The translations under genes were made by a program, and so were the position numbers. From IMG/VR virus record IMGVR_UViG_3300032334_002567, positions 317,444 through 381,443 of that record: DNA of 64,000 nucleotides; one strand, given 5' to 3'. The number at the start of each line of letters is the position of its first letter. The first letter of the stretch is position 1. The notes below the pieces were generated by a model, which made no database searches, had not been told where the DNA came from, and saw nothing but the letters and a program-made list of their open reading frames with translations. Of the stretch, positions 57,304 through 64,000 are shown in pieces.

Positions 57304-58378
57304 AAGAATATCTTCACAAGATACTGGATATGCTGTGGGAGATTTGTCCCTGTATCCAAGCATCTTAGATGACAGGTATCAGTTGTACAAGGCTACTAAT
57401 AATTCTGTTACCAAGCTAAAACAGAGCTTGACGTACTCAGGAAAGCATATTGTAGTTGAAGATAACTCCATATTTCCAGAAAATGGAATTATTCGAATAG
57501 GACCTCCGCCGGGTGAGAGTGGCGCTGCGGAGATGGTTTACTATGATTCAAAAGCAAATGGTCTTTTTCAAAATCTAATACGAGGCTTTGCGGGGTCTAG
57601 GCAAAACCAGTGGCCAGCTGGAAGCTTTGTTGCAAACGCAGTTTTTTCAGAGCATCACAATGCAACCAAAGATGCAATTATAAATATACAGAATAATTTA
57701 GGAATAGAAAATACACCTACTGCGAACTCTTTAAATGGAATACTAAAAAAACAAGAAGTGAAGTTTCTTGCACCTAAAGCCGTTTTTCGAGCTTTTCCTA
57801 TAAAAGGACCTCCTTCACTTCAGGTAAGATTCCAGAACTTTAGTACTGGGCCTATTGTGCGATCCTTCTGGGACTTTGGGGATGGCACAACCTCAACAGA
57901 GTTTTCACCTTTTCACACCTACTCTAAAGAAGGAGTTTATACAGTGCAATTAAACGTTATAACAACTTTGGGTGCACAAGGCTATACAATAAAATCAAAT
58001 TATATAACAGTTGATAAAGAATCTAGACAACCTTTCTTCTACGTTACTCCTCTTGTAGGAGTATCAAAACAAACAGCGGACGCAAATATAGGTCACCCAA
58101 CTCTTGGAACGGCTACAACCTTTCAATTTGTTGATCAGACCGATGGCAACATATCACAGAGGTGGTGGATATTAGACGGAGAAGGAAAAGTAAATGAAGT
58201 TTCGATAGCAAATCAAACCTACATACAACAAGATCCAAATATTCACACCCTAGATTTTGTGTACGATGTTCCAGGAGAATATAATCCTGCTTTGTTGGTT
58301 TTATTAGATAATCAAACAATTAAAAAAGCGTATGTAAATCCCTCTAAATCAACTGGGCAAGGAGTTATAGTATTATGA
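57296..58378 (+). CDS. PKD-domain virion protein
   Basis: [10 protein letters not shown]...HTY..EGVYTV.L.V. Confidence 0.8.
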   Translation: MVERISSQDTGYAVGDLSLYPSILDDRYQLYKATNNSVTKLKQSLTYSGKHIVVEDNSIFPENGIIRIGPPPGESGAAEMVYYDSKANGLFQNLIRGFAGSRQNQWPAGSFVANAVFSEHHNATKDAIINIQNNLGIENTPTANSLNGILKKQEVKFLAPKAVFRAFPIKGPPSLQVRFQNFSTGPIVRSFWDFGDGTTSTEFSPFHTYSKEGVYTVQLNVITTLGAQGYTIKSNYITVDKESRQPFFYVTPLVGVSKQTADANIGHPTLGTATTFQFVDQTDGNISQRWWILDGEGKVNEVSIANQTYIQQDPNIHTLDFVYDVPGEYNPALLVLLDNQTIKKAYVNPSKSTGQGVIVL

Positions 58379-60684
58379 TTCCTAAAACAACGTACCCCAC
58401 AGCAGTCGATACAAATGAAAGCTTATTCTTAGTAGGAGACGGATTAAGAGTAGTCCTAGCAGAAGACTATAATCCTGGTGATACAGTTATCACCGTAGTG
58501 GGCGATGAAGATACAATGAGGAATTTTAATTCTACTGGAATTATAACCTTAACAGAACAATGCAGCGAGCCAGAACTAAGAGCTATATCTTTTTATTACT
58601 CTTCTAGAAGTTTAACAACTTTTGAAGGATTAGAAATATTACCTGGTTTCATAGATGTAATAAAGTCTAAAGGTATAACCAATGTTACACAAAATGTGAT
58701 GTCTATTCATCACAATAATTTAAAAGATGCACTTATAAGAATAGAACAGTTTGCCGGAAGAAAAGGGGAAGTAGGGAAAGGTCCTTTGTTGGGAACAATG
58801 GAAGAAAGAATAAATTACCTTAGAAACATAGTGCTTAAACCAAAGGCTTGGTTCAAAATATCAAATGCTATTGGAATAGCACCACTGACTGTTTACTTCA
58901 CAGACCAAAGTTTTAGACTAGGCACAGATGGATCTTCTCATGAAGTAAAGCATTTTTGGGATTTTGGGGACAACACAGACTCTTCTGACTTAAGTATTAT
59001 ACCAATAGCTGACGGTGTTGTTCCTGAAGGGGTTGAAGATGTTATCATAGATGCAACTTGCCCAACCGGAAAAGCTTGTGTAATTCAAAAAACATATACT
59101 AAACCTGGAATATATGACATATCTTTAACAGTAACGAATGACTTTGGTTCTGATACTGTGACATTTAAAGAAGCAGTCAATGTAAGATACTCTGCACCGG
59201 AGTTAGCCATAGTCGAAATTATAGAAGCTGCTGGGCAAGATGTTACAGCGGGCATTATTGAAGATGGAAAGTATATCTCTACACCAAAAATTAGAGCTAC
59301 AATAAATTCTTTAATCAATCTTGGCATAAAAACAAACGGTGGCTCACCAATAATGCCAGGACAAGGGAAAACTTATGGCGGTGAAGTTTTAAATTCTAAT
59401 AATGAGCCAATAGATCCTATTTTGTATTATACATGGAATTTCTCAGACGATTTAAATCATAATAATACAAGCACAACAAAAGCACTATTCGGTGTTGGTG
59501 GGTATTATGATTTAGTTTTGAGAACTGATACAAAGTACGGATCTTATAGAATTACTAACTATCCAAATGCATTTGATATTATAGAAAATACAAACCTATG
59601 GTTGTGGAATTTTAAAACTAGCAGCACTCAAATTAACTCACATGAATTTGGTTTGTTGAGCGAAACATTCAAAGCAAAGACGGCAGGCTCAGAATTAGAT
59701 TTATCCTACTTGGGTTACAATGATGGTTTTCTAACGACAGATCAGCAAAGAGCTGAGTTTGCAAGAAATAATGGGTGTGCTCAAATTGGAACATCAAATT
59801 CTGGTGCTTCTGGGTCCGCTATGCTTTTTTGGGCTAGCGGTAGAAGTGAATCAGATCCTGCATCTTCTGAGAAGATTAATTTCTGTCGCTATAATGGTTT
59901 TGCAGATTTGTATACATATCCAAGCAATCCAGCTATATCCATAAATAGACCTTGGAATTGGGTAGGTTTTTCTTCTACCGAGGAGTCTTATTTTATATTA
60001 GGCGGTTTAACATCACCTATAACCTCTTTTTCTTCTCCTACTAACCAAACAAAAAGTAAATTAGATTTTTATACATCTACTGTAACCAGTTCTACTTTAA
60101 CTGATTCCAACTATAAAAACGGAGCTACAGACCTTAAACAAAACTCTGTGACTTACAATCCAGATACAGGACTGCCTGATCAGGGGCACATGAGTGTTTA
60201 TAGGTCTACTTGGCACAATAATGCTGGGTATTTTTTGAAGAACGAAGGAGCTGGTGCATTCTTTAGGATTAAGTCTTTTTATAAGACAAGCGGTAATACC
60301 ACAGAAAGCTTCATCGACATAAGAAAGCTGCCTGATATGCTTGGTTCGGCAAAAGTAGAAGGACAACTTGCCTCTTTGAGCCAAGGCGTGTACTTTTTCA
60401 GTAACTCCGGCTCTGTGTCTGCGTATGGGTCTTCTAGTGGGACATGGACAACCGGTGGTGTGGCCACTACTTCTGCGGCTTTTAGATCTCTGCAAGATAC
60501 GGATAAGACGGGATTTGACAATGCAACCAATACGCTATTAGTTGCCACCGACAACGAAAAAACAGCTTATTTGAGTTTTGACTATAGTGAAAAATGCTTT
60601 ATTAAATTTAATGAACTAGATACCACTTTCAGTTCTTCAAGTTATAGACCAACAGGCGATCAGTGGCAGATGTTTATATTCTAA
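58375..60684 (+). CDS. PKD-domain virion protein
   Basis: [29 protein letters not shown]. Confidence 0.8.
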   Translation: MIPKTTYPTAVDTNESLFLVGDGLRVVLAEDYNPGDTVITVVGDEDTMRNFNSTGIITLTEQCSEPELRAISFYYSSRSLTTFEGLEILPGFIDVIKSKGITNVTQNVMSIHHNNLKDALIRIEQFAGRKGEVGKGPLLGTMEERINYLRNIVLKPKAWFKISNAIGIAPLTVYFTDQSFRLGTDGSSHEVKHFWDFGDNTDSSDLSIIPIADGVVPEGVEDVIIDATCPTGKACVIQKTYTKPGIYDISLTVTNDFGSDTVTFKEAVNVRYSAPELAIVEIIEAAGQDVTAGIIEDGKYISTPKIRATINSLINLGIKTNGGSPIMPGQGKTYGGEVLNSNNEPIDPILYYTWNFSDDLNHNNTSTTKALFGVGGYYDLVLRTDTKYGSYRITNYPNAFDIIENTNLWLWNFKTSSTQINSHEFGLLSETFKAKTAGSELDLSYLGYNDGFLTTDQQRAEFARNNGCAQIGTSNSGASGSAMLFWASGRSESDPASSEKINFCRYNGFADLYTYPSNPAISINRPWNWVGFSSTEESYFILGGLTSPITSFSSPTNQTKSKLDFYTSTVTSSTLTDSNYKNGATDLKQNSVTYNPDTGLPDQGHMSVYRSTWHNNAGYFLKNEGAGAFFRIKSFYKTSGNTTESFIDIRKLPDMLGSAKVEGQLASLSQGVYFFSNSGSVSAYGSSSGTWTTGGVATTSAAFRSLQDTDKTGFDNATNTLLVATDNEKTAYLSFDYSEKCFIKFNELDTTFSSSSYRPTGDQWQMFIF

Positions 60685-60712
60685 GGTAATATATACCTAA
60701 AAAGGAACAAAA

Positions 60713-63700
60713 GTGGTTAATTTCTTTCCTCCTAAACCTGTATATCCAAAAAGTTACGATAGTGATTACACACTGTATTTGGTTTATAACACATCTGAGA
60801 CTTTTATATCTAAAAAGAATAATGCATGGGCAGAGGAAATTGAGATTATTCCTGTGGGTCCAAAAAATCCAGAAATATGGGCAAACAATGGTTTTGCTAG
60901 TATAAGTGGAGAACTATTCTATTACGATTCAGTAGAAAAGAATCTACCAATATCACCAGAAGTTGAGTTAAAAATCGGTCTAATTGAAGTAGACGCTAAA
61001 GGGGCCATTACCAGCATTCCAGTGGTAGATGGAGGGTCCGGTTATTATTTTCCGTCTTTTGATGTAGCAGGAACCGGCAGTGGTGCGGTAATTCAGCCAG
61101 TAGTCGTAGATGGCTCTATCACTGAAATTATTATTTTAAATGGTGGAACAGGTTATACATTTAACTCGGTAGAGTTGATATTAGTTGGAAAAGTATTCAA
61201 ATTAAAGCGTTGTGCAAGAAATTTAGGAGGCTCGGCTACAAAAAATAATCAGATAGGCTCAGAAGTCAGAGGCTTTGTGGTTGCCGAACACCACAATCAA
61301 ATTGTAGATGTGATTATTAACATAGAAAAATTTATAGGACAAAACTTTGATGCCGATTATGATACTCTTGACTGGAGAATTAGGCACTTAGAAGGATTGC
61401 CTATTGTTTTTGACGATTTTACATGTCCAGATATACAGTTTAACTTTTATATAGAAAGTGAAGACCCAGCTAAAGGTGTTATAGCCAGATATGACATCGT
61501 CATAACAGGTTCTTATAATAATTTTAGATTAGATTTTGGAGATGGCAATTTTACTACAAGTTCGGTTTCGGGAACACATACTTACGCTACTGGATCAACT
61601 ATAGATCCAACAGTTGTTTTATCGAATAGCAAGTGCACAATAGTTCAGACTCCAATAGAAAGAGCGGCCTCCACAGAACCAGAAAATCCAACTGTGGCGA
61701 CAACTTTTGAAATACCAATACCACAGATACCTAATATTCCAGATTTTGTACCACCTACCGTACCTACGCCACCTACTCCACAGATACCTCCTATAGTCTT
61801 TCCTTGTTTGGACATAGGTCCAGTTGGGCCGGTAAACATATCACCACTTTCACCAATAAACATACCACCTGTAACCATACCACCGGTGAATGTGCCTCCA
61901 ATAACTATACCACCTATAAATATTACGCCTATAAATGTATCACCAATTAATTTGCCACCTATAAGTCTTCCTCCTACTAACATACCGCCTGTTAACATAT
62001 CGCCTGTAAATATTACGCCTGTAAATATACCACCAGTAACTATACCTCCTATCAATATACCACCTATATCACCTATCAATATACCACCAATACCACCAGT
62101 ATCACCTCTATCACCTATCAACATACCACCGATATCACCTATCAACGTTCCACCAATTTATATACCACCTGTAACTATACCACCTGTAACTATACCACCT
62201 GTGACTATACCACCTGTAACTATACCACCTGTGACTATACCACCTGTGACTATACCACCTGTGACTATACCACCTGTGACTATACCACCAATACCACCGA
62301 TATCACCTTTATCGCCAATTAACATACCACCGATATCACCTTTATCGCCAATCAATATACCACCAATACCACCTTTATCACCAATCAATATACCACCGAT
62401 ATCACCTTTGTCACCAATTAATATACCACCTGTAACAATACCACCAGTAAACATACCGCCAATAACCATTCCACCGATAACAATACCACCTATATCGCCC
62501 ATCAATATACCACCGATACCACCGGTCAATATACCACCTGTAAATATTACACCGGTTAACGTACCACCAGTTAACATACCACCTGTAAATATTACACCAG
62601 TTAATATACCACCTATTAACATACCACCTGTAAATATTACACCAGTTAATATACCACCTGTAAATATTACACCTGTTAACATACCTCCTGTAAATATAAC
62701 ACCTGTTAACATACCTCCTGTAAATATAACACCTGTCAACATACCGCCTGTAAATATACCACCTGTAAATATTACACCAATTAACATACCACCTGTAAAT
62801 ATCACACCTGTTAATATACCACCTGTAAATATTACACCAATTAACATACCACCTGTAAATATTACACCAGTTAACATACCACCTGTAAACATACCACCTA
62901 TAAACATACCACCTATAAACATACCACCGATACCACCCGTATCACCTATCAATATACCACCGATATCACCTTTGTCTCCGATCAATATACCGCCAATATC
63001 ACCTGTTAACATACCACCTGTAAACATTACACCAATTGACATACCACCTATAAACATACCACCTGTAAACATACCACCGATACCACCCGTATCACCTATC
63101 AATATACCACCGATATCACCTTTGTCCCCGATCAATATACCACCAATACCACCTTTATCGCCAATTAACATACCACCGGTTAACATTACGCCAATAACAC
63201 CAATAAATATACCACCAATAAATGTACCACCAATAACAATACCACCCGTTTATATTGAAATTTCTCCAATTACGCCTGCGTACTTGACGCCAATAGATTT
63301 GTCGCCAATAAACATACCACCTGTGTCTCCAATTAATATACCACCAATACCACCCGTATCACCTATCAATATACCACCAATATCACCTATAAACATACCA
63401 CCTGTGTCTCCAATTAATATACCACCAATATCACCTGTTAACATACCACCTGTATCACCAATAAACATACCACCTATAACTATACCACCAGTATCACCTA
63501 TCAACATACCACCGATAACCATACCACCAATAAATGTACCACCTATAACAATACCACCGGTTTATATTTCACCAATTACACCTGCGTACTTGACGCCAAT
63601 AGATTTGTCACCAATCAACATACCACCTATATCACCCATTAACATACCGCCAATACCACCAATAACACCCATCAACATACCACCGATAACAATACCACCT

Positions 63701-64000
63701 ATATCGCCCATCAATATACCACCGATAACAATACCACCTATATCGCCCATCAACATACCACCGATAACAATACCGCCAATACCACCAATAACACCCATAA
63801 ACATACCACCGATAACAATACCACCTATATCGCCCATCAATATACCACCGATAACAATACCACCTATATCGCCCATCAACATACCACCAATAACTGTTCC
63901 ACCAATAAACGTACCACCAATAACTGTACCACCAATAAACATACCACCTGTAGAGATACCGCCCGTAACTATACCACCAATATCGCCTATTAATGTACCA
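60713..64000 (+). CDS. Virion protein with PKD-like domain and long Pro/Ile-rich repeats; truncated by window end, not in ORF track
   Basis: AAGGA RBS, GTG 60713 (MVNFFPPKPVYP...), LDFGDG; the same frame is used at 62162 and 63962. Confidence 0.8.
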   Translation, partial: MVNFFPPKPVYPKSYDSDYTLYLVYNTSETFISKKNNAWAEEIEIIPVGPKNPEIWANNGFASISGELFYYDSVEKNLPISPEVELKIGLIEVDAKGAITSIPVVDGGSGYYFPSFDVAGTGSGAVIQPVVVDGSITEIIILNGGTGYTFNSVELILVGKVFKLKRCARNLGGSATKNNQIGSEVRGFVVAEHHNQIVDVIINIEKFIGQNFDADYDTLDWRIRHLEGLPIVFDDFTCPDIQFNFYIESEDPAKGVIARYDIVITGSYNNFRLDFGDGNFTTSSVSGTHTYATGSTIDPTVVLSNSKCTIVQTPIERAASTEPENPTVATTFEIPIPQIPNIPDFVPPTVPTPPTPQIPPIVFPCLDIGPVGPVNISPLSPINIPPVTIPPVNVPPITIPPINITPINVSPINLPPISLPPTNIPPVNISPVNITPVNIPPVTIPPINIPPISPINIPPIPPVSPLSPINIPPISPINVPPIYIPPVTIPPVTIPPVTIPPVTIPPVTIPPVTIPPVTIPPVTIPPIPPISPLSPINIPPISPLSPINIPPIPPLSPINIPPISPLSPINIPPVTIPPVNIPPITIPPITIPPISPINIPPIPPVNIPPVNITPVNVPPVNIPPVNITPVNIPPINIPPVNITPVNIPPVNITPVNIPPVNITPVNIPPVNITPVNIPPVNIPPVNITPINIPPVNITPVNIPPVNITPINIPPVNITPVNIPPVNIPPINIPPINIPPIPPVSPINIPPISPLSPINIPPISPVNIPPVNITPIDIPPINIPPVNIPPIPPVSPINIPPISPLSPINIPPIPPLSPINIPPVNITPITPINIPPINVPPITIPPVYIEISPITPAYLTPIDLSPINIPPVSPINIPPIPPVSPINIPPISPINIPPVSPINIPPISPVNIPPVSPINIPPITIPPVSPINIPPITIPPINVPPITIPPVYISPITPAYLTPIDLSPINIPPISPINIPPIPPITPINIPPITIPPISPINIPPITIPPISPINIPPITIPPIPPITPINIPPITIPPISPINIPPITIPPISPINIPPITVPPINVPPITVPPINIPPVEIPPVTIPPISPINVP
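61710..64000 (+). repeat. Degenerate 15-nt coding repeats (IPPVT/IPPVN/ITPVN/ISPIN)
   Basis: ATACCACCTGT(A/G)A(C/A)T units directly visible. Confidence 0.95.

Noticed and set aside
61645-63942. Minus-strand GGI/GGM-repeat ORFs
   Set aside because: Antisense of the Pro/Ile repeat; they are fragmented, while the + frame continues from 60713.
5500-64000. Stop-codon reassignment
   Set aside because: Genes are long, dense and intact under the standard code, and TAA, TAG and TGA all terminate genes.

Overview
This window looks like part of a large T4-like/jumbo myophage genome, with three zones. (1) 1-5.2 kb is visibly GC-richer. It is an array of about 16 single-gene units on the + strand. Each unit begins with the same leader, AAT/AAA-TTGTACCCT-N6-(G/T)TGT(TCGAT)..CCCCAACGGAG..ATG, and I count 18 copies of the core. 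One slot holds a structured non-coding RNA instead of an ORF. Units are separated by two recurring hairpin linkers that carry inverted copies of the core. (2) 5.2-30 kb is AT-rich accessory/metabolic DNA: ClpP, glycosyltransferases, 2H phosphoesterase, MscL, sigma-70 factor, amidinotransferase, caspase-like and trypsin-like proteases, PRTase, patatin, CCA/poly(A) polymerase-like nucleotidyltransferase, metallophosphoesterase and Pmp3. About eight proteins there share an N-terminus resembling the T4 capsid-targeting sequence. (3) 30-64 kb is a contractile-tail module: gp2-like end protector, a 4404-aa tape measure, gp53/gp27/gp5/gp25/gp6/gp7-like baseplate genes, and FN3 and PKD proteins. It ends in a Pro/Ile-repeat protein that runs off the window. 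The sigma factor and MscL resemble Planctomycetota homologs (host inference from memory). No tRNA, rRNA, CRISPR array, integrase or reverse transcriptase was recognised. All calls come from reading motifs by eye; no searches were run.
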